Part shown: positions 37,204 to 46,976 of the stretch, piece by piece
Numbering within the stretch: position 1 is the first letter of the stretch
Layout: each line of letters opens with the position of its first letter
Assembly: GCA_005116895.1 (NCBI GenBank)
Contig: SWDO01000020.1
Coordinates: 23,791 to 87,790, forward strand
Direction: 5' to 3'
Length of the DNA stretch: 64,000 nucleotides
From: Nitrospira sp.
GTDB lineage: Bacteria > Nitrospirota > Nitrospiria > Nitrospirales > Nitrospiraceae
Notes under the pieces: generated by a model
What the model was told of the DNA's origin: nothing
What the model saw: the letters and a program-made list of their open reading frames with translations, nothing else
Database searches by the model: none
Made by a program: the position numbers and the translations under genes

Positions 37204-38421
37204 ATGGGTCGTCATTTGCATTTCGATTGTTTCTCCGGGGTCAGTGGAGATATGGTCCTGGGTGCACTGGTGAGCGCCGGGCTCTCGTGGACAAGCTTAG
37301 TTGACGGCCTCAAACGCCTCAAGCTCCGCGGCTACCGCCTGCAAAAGCGCGAAGTGCATCGTGGCGCGCTCCCGGCAATCAAGGTCGACGTGATCGTTCA
37401 ACAGGGATTTCAGCGACCGCTGACCCTCTCCCGCATTCGAAAGATCCTTGCCGACAGCACGTTGCCAGGCCCGGTCAAGGAACGTAGCCGGTCGGTCTTT
37501 GATCGACTGGCTGACGCCGAAGGAGTGGCGCATGGTGTCGATCCAAAGGATGTTCACTTTCATGAAGTCGGGGTGGTGGATTCGTTTATCGATGTTGTCG
37601 GTGGCGTGCTGGGATGCTATCTCTTGAACGCCACCCGAGTCACCGCGTCTCCGATCAATGTTGGCGCCGGGTCGATTCAGACCTCACACGGACTCTTACC
37701 AGTTCCAGGACCCGCGGTGGCGGCGCTGGCAAGGGGAATTCCGATCTACGCCGACGGTCCGCGCTGTGAGCTTGCCACCCCCACCGGGGTGGCGTTACTT
37801 CGGACATTAGCGTCTGAATTCGGCCCTCTGCCGGCGATGAGGAGTATGGCCGTGGGCTACGGGGCCGGCGACCACGATCCAGACGGGTGGTCTAATGTCT
37901 TGCGTTTATTTGTGGAAGAAGAGCCCACGTCGGCGGCCAATCAGACCGAGCGGATGATACAGATTGAGACGAATCTTGACGACCTCAGTCCACAGACCTA
38001 CGAATACATCATGGAACAACTCTTTCAGGTCGGTGCGGTTGATGTCGTGCTGGCTCCCGTCGTCATGAAGAAAAGCCGGCCAGGAATCCTGCTGAGCTGC
38101 CTCGTCACTGAAGACCGGACGGATGCCGTGATCGAGGTCCTCTTCCAGGAAACGACCACGCTCGGAGTGCGACTTCATGAGGTACGCCGACGGGTCCTCA
38201 CCCGGCGATTTGTCCCCGTCACGACGCAAGGCGGAGTCGTTCGCATGAAAGTTGCGGAGGTCGGCGCCGGATGGGAAAAAGCAGCCCCTGAATATGAGGA
38301 CTGTAAAGCCATCGCGCAGCGAACCGGCCACCCGCTCAAGACGGTTATGGAGGAAGCGCTGATGGCCTATCGACGAGGACGCAAAAAGACGAGAATCACA
38401 ACGGCGCGAGGCCGAGCATGA
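37204..38421 (+). CDS. larC: Nickel-pincer cofactor biosynthesis protein LarC
   Basis: FDCFSGVSGDMVLGAL, VHFHEVG, PVPGPA, ELATPTG, ETNLDD, MKKSRPG, PEYEDC. Confidence 0.94.
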   Translation: MGRHLHFDCFSGVSGDMVLGALVSAGLSWTSLVDGLKRLKLRGYRLQKREVHRGALPAIKVDVIVQQGFQRPLTLSRIRKILADSTLPGPVKERSRSVFDRLADAEGVAHGVDPKDVHFHEVGVVDSFIDVVGGVLGCYLLNATRVTASPINVGAGSIQTSHGLLPVPGPAVAALARGIPIYADGPRCELATPTGVALLRTLASEFGPLPAMRSMAVGYGAGDHDPDGWSNVLRLFVEEEPTSAANQTERMIQIETNLDDLSPQTYEYIMEQLFQVGAVDVVLAPVVMKKSRPGILLSCLVTEDRTDAVIEVLFQETTTLGVRLHEVRRRVLTRRFVPVTTQGGVVRMKVAEVGAGWEKAAPEYEDCKAIAQRTGHPLKTVMEEALMAYRRGRKKTRITTARGRA

Positions 38422-39419
38422 CCGTGCTGTACTACGTGCTCCTCTTTCTCGTTTCCGTTGCGGTCACACTTGGTGGTTGCGCGCTCTTTACGAACGCCAT
38501 TGAATGGCTGGGGAAGCGACGGGGTATCTCCGAGGGTGCCGTCGGCAGTGTCTTTGCCGCCATCGGCACGACCCTGCCTGAGACCTCGATCCCGATCATT
38601 GCGATTTTCTTCGGCGAGAGCCATGAAGAAGTTGAGGTTGGCTTAGGCGCCATCTTGGGCGCGCCGTTCATGCTCAGCACACTGGTACTGCCCATTCTGG
38701 CCATTCTTCTAATGCTCTATGCCCGAGCTGGCAAGCGGACGGCCAAGTTTCACCTCAACTATCGTGAAGTGCTGACAGACCTCACGTTTTTTATGATCGG
38801 CTATTTTATCGCTCTGGGATGCGCTTTCGTGCCGTCCAAACTGATTCACTTCATTGCAGCCGGTGTATTGGTCTGTCTATATATTTACTACATGAAGCTC
38901 AAATTCGTACCGGCTGAGGGGGAAGAAGGGGGTGAGCTGGAACCACTGATTTTCGACAAGCACGCAGCCACGCCGTCCTATGCGATGATTGGATTTCAAG
39001 CCTTCTTGGGGTTAGGGGGATTGATATTAGGCGCCCATTTGTTTGTCATGGCTGCAGAGTCGATGGCTGGCTTGTTCGCCATGTCGCCGTTGATTTTAGC
39101 GCTCCTCATCGCGCCGCTCGCCACCGAGCTACCCGAGATGTCCAATAGCTTTCTCTGGCTCTATCGCAAGAAAGACCGGCTCGCCGTGGCTAATGTGACA
39201 GGCGCCATGGTCTTTCAAGGCACCTTCCCGGTTGCGCTGGGGTTGATCGGAACCGAGTGGGTGATCGCGCCATCGGCATTGACCACAATGATCTTAGCCG
39301 TGCAAGCGGTAGGACTCTGCCTCCTGCAAATTCTGATCGGAGGCCAGTGGCGACCGTGGCTGCTCGCCGCCGGGGCTGTGTTCTATATCGGCTATACCGT
39401 GCATCTCTATGTCAACTAA
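38418..39419 (+). CDS. Sodium/calcium exchanger (CaCA) family antiporter
   Basis: Alpha repeats GTTLPE and ATELPE; about 10 TM helices. Confidence 0.88.
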   Translation: MTVLYYVLLFLVSVAVTLGGCALFTNAIEWLGKRRGISEGAVGSVFAAIGTTLPETSIPIIAIFFGESHEEVEVGLGAILGAPFMLSTLVLPILAILLMLYARAGKRTAKFHLNYREVLTDLTFFMIGYFIALGCAFVPSKLIHFIAAGVLVCLYIYYMKLKFVPAEGEEGGELEPLIFDKHAATPSYAMIGFQAFLGLGGLILGAHLFVMAAESMAGLFAMSPLILALLIAPLATELPEMSNSFLWLYRKKDRLAVANVTGAMVFQGTFPVALGLIGTEWVIAPSALTTMILAVQAVGLCLLQILIGGQWRPWLLAAGAVFYIGYTVHLYVN

Positions 39420-40491
39420 GTCACGATCACCTCGCACCGATTCCTCATCTCCCCAACTCCCCTTGCTGGGAATCACGATGGGAGACCCGGCTGGCATCGG
39501 CCCGGAAGTTATCGCCAAGGCGCTGGCAGGCGCTCACTTGCGCACGGTCTGTCGATCGGTCGTCATCGGATCGCTTCCCGTCATGGAGCGAACGGTGAAG
39601 GCGCTGAAGCTCAAGCTGAACGTACTCCAAGTTCGTGATCATGAATCGATGGTGACGCGTAGAGGAACGGTCGTAGTGCTGGATCCACTGGAGACACCGC
39701 TGCGAACGTTCAAGCCAGGGATTGCCGCGGCGGAGACCGGAGCCGCTTCAGTCGCCTTTATCAAAAAAGCTGTTGAGTTGGCGCAGATCGGCTGTATCGA
39801 AGGCATGGTGACGGCACCCATCAACAAAGAAGCCATCAATATGGCCGGCTGCCGGCACCCAGGCCATACCGAGTTGTTGGCCGATCTCACCCACGCGAAC
39901 GAATCAGGCATGATGATCGTGGGTGGACCGTTACGCATTATGTTCGTCACGACACATGTCGCGATCAGGAATCTCCCGGCGCTGCTCACACAAGCCAAGA
40001 TTGAAAAGGCGATCCGCTTGGCTCAATTGGCGCTGACGACACTGTTTGGCATCAAGCGCCCCAGGATAGGAGTGGCTGCCCTCAATCCCCATGCCGGTGA
40101 GCATGGACTGTTCGGCGATGAAGAAGCTCGAATCATCCTCCCGGCATCACGTGCCACCCAACAACAGGGCATTCTAGCAAGTGATCCCTTGCCGGCTGAT
40201 ACGCTGTTTGGGAAAGCTGCGAAAGGGGCATTTGACGGCGTCGTTGCCCTCTACCACGATCAGGGTCTCATTCCCCTGAAGCTGGTCGCCTTCGGCACCT
40301 GCGTCAATCTCACCGTGGGCTTGCCTATCATCCGCACCTCAGTGGATCATGGAACCGCGTTTGATATCGTCGGGAAAGGCGTCGCTGATCCCGGAAGCCT
40401 GATTGAGGCTATCAAACTGGCTGCCAGGATCGCTCAGAATAGAATGGCGGCAACACCGACCAAGAAGGGACGGACCACACGTGTCGCTTGA
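39409..40491 (+). CDS. pdxA: 4-hydroxythreonine-4-phosphate dehydrogenase
   Basis: MGDPAGIGPE, TAPINKE, GHTE, LNPHAGE, YHDQGLIPLK, RTSVDHGTAFDI. Confidence 0.96.
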   Translation: MSTKSRSPRTDSSSPQLPLLGITMGDPAGIGPEVIAKALAGAHLRTVCRSVVIGSLPVMERTVKALKLKLNVLQVRDHESMVTRRGTVVVLDPLETPLRTFKPGIAAAETGAASVAFIKKAVELAQIGCIEGMVTAPINKEAINMAGCRHPGHTELLADLTHANESGMMIVGGPLRIMFVTTHVAIRNLPALLTQAKIEKAIRLAQLALTTLFGIKRPRIGVAALNPHAGEHGLFGDEEARIILPASRATQQQGILASDPLPADTLFGKAAKGAFDGVVALYHDQGLIPLKLVAFGTCVNLTVGLPIIRTSVDHGTAFDIVGKGVADPGSLIEAIKLAARIAQNRMAATPTKKGRTTRVA

Positions 40492-40798
40492 TATTACGAA
40501 GGGCCTTGCCGTGGTTCGGCGTCAGATTGACGAATTGGAGACGCTTGAGAAACAGACACTTCAAGACTTGAACACCGTCGCCGGGACGGAACGAATAGCA
40601 AAATGGAAAGCCCGCACCGTCGCGCTTCTCACCAATTCCGTAGGCGATCGGGAAGGGCAAATCTTCGCGAACGTCCAACCAGGGCCATCGTTTACTCATG
40701 ATTTGGTTGAAGAGTTCACGGATCTTGTGGAGTGCTATCGCACGCCCCTGAGCCTATTGGCCAAGCAATTGGCCCAAGCTCCACCAACTCGGAGTTGA
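40481..40798 (+). CDS. Hypothetical protein
   Basis: Helical ORF filling the pdxA-rsmA gap, tightly coupled on both sides. Confidence 0.65.
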   Translation: MSLDITKGLAVVRRQIDELETLEKQTLQDLNTVAGTERIAKWKARTVALLTNSVGDREGQIFANVQPGPSFTHDLVEEFTDLVECYRTPLSLLAKQLAQAPPTRS

Positions 40799-40800
40799 GG

Positions 40801-41622
40801 GTGGACTCCTCTCTTCCTCCTGCCGCAATCAAACGCCTTGGGCAGAACTTTCTCATCGACCCCAACATCGTTCGAAAAATCGTCGCGCTGGCTGAGCTCA
40901 CCCCGACTGATACCGTTCTGGAAATCGGGCCTGGGCGTGGCATCCTCACCGATGCACTGTGTCGTGCGAGTGGTCACGTGACGGCGATCGAAGTGGATCC
41001 TCGGCTCCATGCATTCCTAACTGAACGACAGCCCCAGTTTTCCAATCTCATGCTTGTCCTCGACGATGCGATGACCTACCCGGTCGAGCAGCTTCCGAGC
41101 GGCACCATCGTCGTCGCCAATCTTCCCTATTATTTATCCACTCCCCTTCTCTTCCGGCTCCTCGATCAACGCAACCGTTTTCCCCGCATGGTGCTGATGC
41201 TGCAAAATGAAGTGGCCGATCGACTCGTGGCCAAGCCTGGAAGTTCTGGCTACGGGGTCCTGTCTGTCATGGCACAGTATGCGGCAGAGATCACGAAAGC
41301 GTTCCGGGTCTCTGCGCAGTGCTTCCGACCGAGACCGGAAGTGGGCTCTGCTGTGGTTCTGCTCAAGACCAAGCATCAGAGAGCGCTGAACCAGGAGGAA
41401 GAACCACAATTTGCAGCGCTAGTGAAAGCCGCCTTCGCCCACCGCCGCAAAACACTTATCAATACGCTGAAAGATCAGGGATATGAGCAGAAGCTGGTGG
41501 CAGCTGCGTTGGAAGCGCTTGCACTCTCTCCTTCTCTCCGTGCGGAAATCCTTTCCATCGAGCAATTTGTCGAACTGACCCGCCGCATTTATGGACTAGG
41601 CTTCTCCCCCCTCTATCATTAA
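40801..41622 (+). CDS. rsmA: 16S rRNA m6,2A dimethyltransferase
   Basis: KRLGQNFLID, LEIGPGRG, VANLPY, MLQNEVADR, FRPRPEV, AFAHRRKTL. Confidence 0.96.
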   Translation: MDSSLPPAAIKRLGQNFLIDPNIVRKIVALAELTPTDTVLEIGPGRGILTDALCRASGHVTAIEVDPRLHAFLTERQPQFSNLMLVLDDAMTYPVEQLPSGTIVVANLPYYLSTPLLFRLLDQRNRFPRMVLMLQNEVADRLVAKPGSSGYGVLSVMAQYAAEITKAFRVSAQCFRPRPEVGSAVVLLKTKHQRALNQEEEPQFAALVKAAFAHRRKTLINTLKDQGYEQKLVAAALEALALSPSLRAEILSIEQFVELTRRIYGLGFSPLYH

Positions 41623-41718
41623 CAGTCGGAGACAGGCGAGAGCCGAATGGCTCTGAGAGCTTACTCCACTCAAGCCAACGCTGGCAGGAAAGAGGCCCAC
41701 ATTGTGTAGGCTCACACC

Positions 41719-42351
41719 CTACGTCGGGCGCATGTGGATTTTGAACATGACGCGGCGGCTCTTATCGCGGTCTGGGTATCCAGCATCGTTGCGCAGGAGG
41801 TTCTGCTTCCCACGGCCGTTCGCTGTGGCTTTCTGCAAGAAGCACTCGTAGGCCCAGGGAAGCTTCTCGCGGATCACTTCCAAGCTTTTAGCCAGTACTG
41901 CAAAAGAGCGTTCCTGACTGAGTCTCAGATTGCGTATATCATCACCCAGATCATCGGTGTATCCCTCGATCACAAAGGCTTCTACGTCTTGCTCTCCAGG
42001 CTTGCAGACGAGTGAGGCGTAGTGCGGCATGGTCTCGGACAAGAAGATCTCGGCCGTCGGGAGCAACGTGCTTTTCCCAAACTCAAAGTTAATCGCCGTA
42101 TCCGGCACCGTAATCGTGTGGGTGCTCGGCATTTTGGTTTCCAGTGTTGGATGAGGTGGATCGATTCTTGGTGTGCTGTCCATTGGAGTGCCACGGCTCT
42201 TGGCCGAATTGAAATTTCCATTTTCGACGCGAGCCATAGAGGCCACGAGCAAGAGGATGAAGATAACCGCGAGCGAGGTCATAAGATCGGCAACCCCACT
42301 CGTCACCACCGCTGAGTTGTCACGCGAGTCCTGTGTAAAGCTCGACTTCAT
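41719..42351 (-). CDS. ZorB-like MotB/OmpA-domain protein
   Basis: TM ADLMTSLAVIFILLLV with the conserved Asp; OmpA-like IEGYTD, NLRLSQERS, ANGRG, SRRVMFKI. Confidence 0.82.
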   Translation of the reverse strand: MKSSFTQDSRDNSAVVTSGVADLMTSLAVIFILLLVASMARVENGNFNSAKSRGTPMDSTPRIDPPHPTLETKMPSTHTITVPDTAINFEFGKSTLLPTAEIFLSETMPHYASLVCKPGEQDVEAFVIEGYTDDLGDDIRNLRLSQERSFAVLAKSLEVIREKLPWAYECFLQKATANGRGKQNLLRNDAGYPDRDKSRRVMFKIHMRPT

Positions 42352-43529
42352 CCCTTTCGCTCTCTCCGTGCTGTGTCAGTCGTTGCCGTAGTAGTGCTTC
42401 TGAGACCCTGCAACATCGTTTCGATTTCGCTTTGAGACAGCTGCACCGGGGAGGCATGCTCCTTAATCGAGCGGGTGAGGTTTTGAATGGCGTCCAGTAT
42501 GGGATTCATCATGGGTCGTAACGCCCGCTGAACCTCGTGACCGATCTCCGCTGGCAAATCATCAAACTTCATCGGTGTATGCTTGGAGTGTAGCGCCGTG
42601 ATCGCCTGCGCGGCTGTGTTCAGCGCTGCAACGGTGGATCCGAGGCGCTGCTGCACGGCCTCAACAAGCTGATGCGCAGTGTCGTTTCGAATGGGAGTGG
42701 CGATGGGCGCCGGAGATCCATTCGACGATGGGACTCCCTGGGAATGTTGGTCCGTAGCCCTCTGCGGAAACATTTCGTCCAGGAGGGAGATGCACTCCCG
42801 GTGTCGGTTGTCCAACCGATGCCAGAAAGAATGTTCGAGGAGGGTGAACGCATTGGCGCACGCTAAGCCGACGATGGATGTCACAAACTTTCCTGAGAGG
42901 CCGTTAATCAGTCCTTGGATGCCATCGATCTCCGACCCGTTCGCATGGAGCTTACTGAGGCCGATTAAGATGGCTAGGAAGGTGAACATGAGCCCCATGC
43001 CCGTCATGAAAGCGGGCAGCTGCCGGTAAAATCGGACGTTGAGATGGGCAGCGCAGAGAGATTCGAACGAGAAAAACTCACTTGCGGAGCGCTGACTATG
43101 GACGGTCGGCTCAAGAAACCAGGCAGATTGCTCGACCGCGAGAGTCTTGCGGTATGAATACCAGTCTCTGGTAAAATCCTGTTCCGACCGTACCGCACGA
43201 TCCAATGTGTGCAGATCGTCAAGATCGCGTCGCGTTTCTGACGACACATCAAGACGCGCTTGTCTTTTTGCCAAAGCCGGAATAACCAGCCAATCTTTGG
43301 ACACCTGTTGCCGTGCCAGCACCAGAGGCGCGACAGACGAGTGAAAACGCCCAAGCGTCCCTTGGATGTGGAACAAACCTCTGAGGAGCACCGCGCTATG
43401 CCAAAGACACAGGGCCAAGATCCCTACAGCACCGATCCAGCTCAGCACGGGACTCTGAAGCCCGCCGACAACCGTGACATCGCGAGTGAGCCATTCCCAA
43501 AGAGCAGTGAACGAATCCACATCATCCAT
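42348..43529 (-). CDS. ZorA-like MotA/TolQ/ExbB membrane protein with a short helical tail
   Basis: TM1, soluble domain (WYSYRKTL..ASEFFS), TM2 LPAFMTGMGLMFTFLAILIGL, TM3 GLSGKFVTSIVGL; ATGA overlap with the zorB-like gene. Confidence 0.78.
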   Translation of the reverse strand: MDDVDSFTALWEWLTRDVTVVGGLQSPVLSWIGAVGILALCLWHSAVLLRGLFHIQGTLGRFHSSVAPLVLARQQVSKDWLVIPALAKRQARLDVSSETRRDLDDLHTLDRAVRSEQDFTRDWYSYRKTLAVEQSAWFLEPTVHSQRSASEFFSFESLCAAHLNVRFYRQLPAFMTGMGLMFTFLAILIGLSKLHANGSEIDGIQGLINGLSGKFVTSIVGLACANAFTLLEHSFWHRLDNRHRECISLLDEMFPQRATDQHSQGVPSSNGSPAPIATPIRNDTAHQLVEAVQQRLGSTVAALNTAAQAITALHSKHTPMKFDDLPAEIGHEVQRALRPMMNPILDAIQNLTRSIKEHASPVQLSQSEIETMLQGLRSTTTATTDTARRERKG

Positions 43530-43808
43530 CAGGCAAACCTCACTGGGGCCCTACGCACCATTCTCAGTAGGAGCAAACCCGATTGCCTCCCTCAACTTCT
43601 GTGCCAGAGAGAGATGCGAGAAATGGCCTCATATCGCTGCAGGATTGGGATAACGCCAGAGCAAGAGGGAAGTTCTTGCCGGGAGGGCGGCAAGTTCTGT
43701 CGGGCTCACGGAGGCACAATTGCCGCGACAAAACTCTCCGTTGCTTTTGAGGTGTGAGAACTTGGTGTATGCTCAATCCGTGGTTGACAACTGGGAAGAG
43801 GAAACGTT

Positions 43809-44006
43809 ATGCACTTCGTCCGAATCGGAAACCGAGCGTTCAACCTGGATCTGATCTCTCACTGTGAGGTGCAGATTTGGCATGATACCGTCTCGGTCAA
43901 GATCTATATGACAGGAGCCGCCAATAATACTCCGGTGGTCCTGAACGAGGAGGACGCGAAGCAGATGTGGAAATACATCGAGTATGTCGCAGAGAAGCCG
44001 GTCTAA
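43809..44006 (+). CDS. Small hypothetical protein, 65 aa
   Basis: SD GAGG; MHFVRIGNRAFNLDLI has the style of a small beta-rich PH-like domain. Confidence 0.75.
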   Translation: MHFVRIGNRAFNLDLISHCEVQIWHDTVSVKIYMTGAANNTPVVLNEEDAKQMWKYIEYVAEKPV

Positions 44007-44166
44007 TTTGGTCGGTATTCAATGGCTATCCCCTTTCACCCTCTCGCTGAACTGTTCAAGCTCAATGCATTGTGAGTCGATTGAAGGAGGCGATTCGTGT
44101 TAGGGTTTGAGGTGAATAAGCCAGTGTGTGCGTAGACAAACCCGCTGAACGGGGAGGGCGGTTCAA

Positions 44167-44508
44167 ATGAATCGAAAGAGAGTGCCTGGTCGACTTACGG
44201 GTATTGTGTGTGTGCTGCTCTCGGTAACAGGATGTGCAAGCGAATTCTCCGTTCTCAGCGCATCGGGTGAACCCATCATGATTGCTCGTCGAGGTGATTC
44301 GCCGAGCGAATGCGCGGAAAAGGTGAAAGACGACGCCGCCCGTATGGGTGTCACCTTGCGATATATTCATATCCGTGGCAGCACCGTTGGCCGTTCGTTG
44401 CTATGGCCCTTCGAATCGGGATATGCCTGTGAGGCTGGGATCGGCCCGGAGCAGGGCCCAATCGGCACGTATCCGAGCAATCTCCGCAGCCTTTCCCGTG
44501 GTTCGTGA
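44167..44508 (+). CDS. Putative lipoprotein
   Basis: Signal peptide with lipobox VTGC; SD GGAGG. Confidence 0.7.
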   Translation: MNRKRVPGRLTGIVCVLLSVTGCASEFSVLSASGEPIMIARRGDSPSECAEKVKDDAARMGVTLRYIHIRGSTVGRSLLWPFESGYACEAGIGPEQGPIGTYPSNLRSLSRGS

Positions 44509-44950
44509 TGAAACCTTTCGAGCATGGCCCTACTGTTCTCTTTTGCCTAAGAGTGATGTACTTCATTCGGAGTGCCCAGACTAGTAGGTGGGGCTGGGCC
44601 CGATAAGATTCCACCGGTCTCCCAAGTTCTCGCTGGCGAGAGTCTCATGGGCCAACCGGCCCACCGAGATTTCATCTCTCGTAAACTGGCAAAGAGCTAT
44701 ACCCGCAGGCGGAATTATTTCCTCCCAGTCGAAGCACGCTCCTCATGGTATTCCGCCCTCTGTTTCCTCCATACGTGGCGTACATCCAAGATACTGACCA
44801 GACCGTTGCTGTGCAGGCACTCTGACGAGGGCTCAAGCCTGTCAGCACTTCCTGGATTTGCTTGTTGATTCAGTGTCTTAAGCTATACTTAGTGCGTGCG
44901 TGAATCAGTAGTTGGGAGGAGGGTAGCAAAAAGCTCAGGCCTGGAGCGCG

Positions 44951-45874
44951 ATGATCAAGATCCTATTAGTCGAAGACAACGACGTTGATGCACGCCTGAC
45001 GCAAGATATTCTGGCAGAATGGGGCATGGAAGAATTCGAGATCATCCATGTGACCCGCCTGCGCGACGCTGTCACCCGCCTAGCGCGCATACGTTTTGAT
45101 GCCGTCCTTCTCGACTTGTCACTCCCGGACGGCTATGGCCTCTCAACCGTGCGTCAAATGCAAGCCGCGAATCCGACGATTGCCATCATCGTGCTCAGCG
45201 GGCTCAATGATCAAACGCTCGCGCTACAGGCTCTCCAGAATGGAGCACAGGATTACCTCGTCAAGGGACAAGGGCCGTCGGAGCTGTTGGCTCGCTCAAT
45301 TCGCTATGCCATCGAACGAAAGCGGGCTGAAGAGCGGCTGACCTACCTGGCCCAATATGATCAGCTGACGGGCCTTGTGAACCGCACGTTGTTTCGTGAT
45401 CGCCTTATCCAGGCCATGGCCCGCAGCAAACGGCTCCAACAGCCTCTCGGCCTCATGTTGCTCGACCTTGATCACTTCAAGCCGGTGAACGATACCATGG
45501 GTCACAGTGTCGGTGATCAGCTTTTGAAGGCCGTCGCTGAGCGACTGCAAGAGTGTGTCCGCGAAGTAGACTCCGTCGCCCGTATGGGAGGAGATGAATT
45601 TACTATTATCCTGGAAGGCCTGACGTGCGAAGAGGATATCACGTTGGTCGCCCAGCGAATCACCAAGCGATTGGCGGAACCCTTCCACCTTGGGGAACAC
45701 AGAGCGTTAATTGGCGTCAGTATCGGGATTACCGTCTACCCAACCGATGATCACGAAGTTGATGAGCTCTTGAAGCATGCCGACGCCGCAATGTATCGAG
45801 CCAAACAACAAGGGGGAAGTTCTTTTCAATTTCACATTCCTGATGCGTCCTCTTCCTCTACCTGCTTCAGTTAA
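44951..45874 (+). CDS. Response regulator-diguanylate cyclase (REC-GGDEF)
   Basis: LLVEDN, LLDLSLPD, DYLVK; DQLTGLVNR, DLDHFKPVND, RMGGDEF. Confidence 0.95.
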   Translation: MIKILLVEDNDVDARLTQDILAEWGMEEFEIIHVTRLRDAVTRLARIRFDAVLLDLSLPDGYGLSTVRQMQAANPTIAIIVLSGLNDQTLALQALQNGAQDYLVKGQGPSELLARSIRYAIERKRAEERLTYLAQYDQLTGLVNRTLFRDRLIQAMARSKRLQQPLGLMLLDLDHFKPVNDTMGHSVGDQLLKAVAERLQECVREVDSVARMGGDEFTIILEGLTCEEDITLVAQRITKRLAEPFHLGEHRALIGVSIGITVYPTDDHEVDELLKHADAAMYRAKQQGGSSFQFHIPDASSSSTCFS

Positions 45875-45907
45875 CGATCATCTATCGTTGGCAACTCCTG
45901 ACTGCTC

Positions 45908-46750
45908 TTATCGACCGATCTGAGCAAGTGGTTGATCAGAGATTGAATACACACCGATCCCATTCGGTTCGAGTCGATTCATCGTCGGAAGCGCCGATGG
46001 CGCAGGGTTGGGATGGGAATCGGGTGTCAGGAGGATGCCCCAGTGCTGATTGTTCCGACACACATTGTCCACAATCAGCCCTTCGGCGTGCTGGAACATG
46101 AGGATGCCGCTGAGCATGTTGTCTTCACACAGATTCCGCACCAGTTCCGGGCGGCTGCCAGGATCTCGGACCGCAATGCCAAAATGGTGATTCTCGACAC
46201 AGCGATTATCCGCCACTCGCGGTTGAGCACCGGCAAACACGAAAATGCCCGATTCCCGATTGCGGCACACTTCATTGTCGGTGAATGCGACACGACATTC
46301 GGGTCCATACAACACCACGCCCGACAAAATCCCTTCCATCGCTCGGCACTGCGTGATGATGCATGTGGAGTTGAGTATATTCAGCGCCGAATGCTGGTCG
46401 CTGCCGACATAGCGAAACGTGATGCCGGTAATCCACCCTTCCGGTACCTCTTGAAGATACAGCGGCCCGCTGCGGCGGCAGAAGATTTGAACGCTATCTC
46501 GTCCGGCACCGACAAGCCGTATCGGCCGTTGGGTGACGACAAGCTTATCCTCATAGATCCCAGGACGGACATAGACCTGATCCGATTCAGCGACATCCTT
46601 CAGCGCGGCACTTGGAGTTGGATAACAGCGCTGATCAGTAGGATCAACAATCAAGGTTCGTCCGCCCAGGGGGTTGGTCGGAATGGGCTCTTCACTCACG
46701 ATGTTCTCCTCGGAAAGGTTTGTCGCGTTCTTACGGCCTTGACGGGACAT
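45908..46750 (-). CDS. Right-handed parallel beta-helix repeat protein
   Basis: VYVRPGIY and repeated N.(C)..N...GI units. Confidence 0.85.
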   Translation of the reverse strand: MSRQGRKNATNLSEENIVSEEPIPTNPLGGRTLIVDPTDQRCYPTPSAALKDVAESDQVYVRPGIYEDKLVVTQRPIRLVGAGRDSVQIFCRRSGPLYLQEVPEGWITGITFRYVGSDQHSALNILNSTCIITQCRAMEGILSGVVLYGPECRVAFTDNEVCRNRESGIFVFAGAQPRVADNRCVENHHFGIAVRDPGSRPELVRNLCEDNMLSGILMFQHAEGLIVDNVCRNNQHWGILLTPDSHPNPAPSALPTMNRLEPNGIGVYSISDQPLAQIGR

Positions 46751-46916
46751 GGAGACCCTTTGAATACTGAATGAGACAAGTCAAGGACTCGAACCACATT
46801 GTACAAAACTGTGTCTTCATTAACACGCCCCTGGAAAACCATCACAACCATTGGCTGCTGGGATTACGCAAGATCCTGTTTTTAAAACGTTTCGGATTCG
46901 TGAATGGCAGGAGCCC

Positions 46917-46932
46917 TGGCATACTGATTGCG
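46917..46932 (+). promoter_or_regulatory. sigma54 (-24/-12) promoter
   Basis: TGGCATACTGATTGCG (GG-N10-GC) about 45 nt before ATG 46977. Confidence 0.7.
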
Positions 46933-46976
46933 TGCCTAAGACCCTCGACTGCCGTTTCAACAGATGGAGGCCTGTT

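Noticed and set aside
41719-43529. Flagellar motAB or a complete Zorya system
   Set aside because: The first protein has a 3-TM ZorA-type layout unlike MotA, there is no flagellar context, and no effector genes are present to make a complete Zorya.
44509-44950. Possible riboswitch or sRNA upstream of the diguanylate cyclase
   Set aside because: I could not see a c-di-GMP-I/II or other riboswitch consensus by eye. An Infernal/Rfam scan would be needed.
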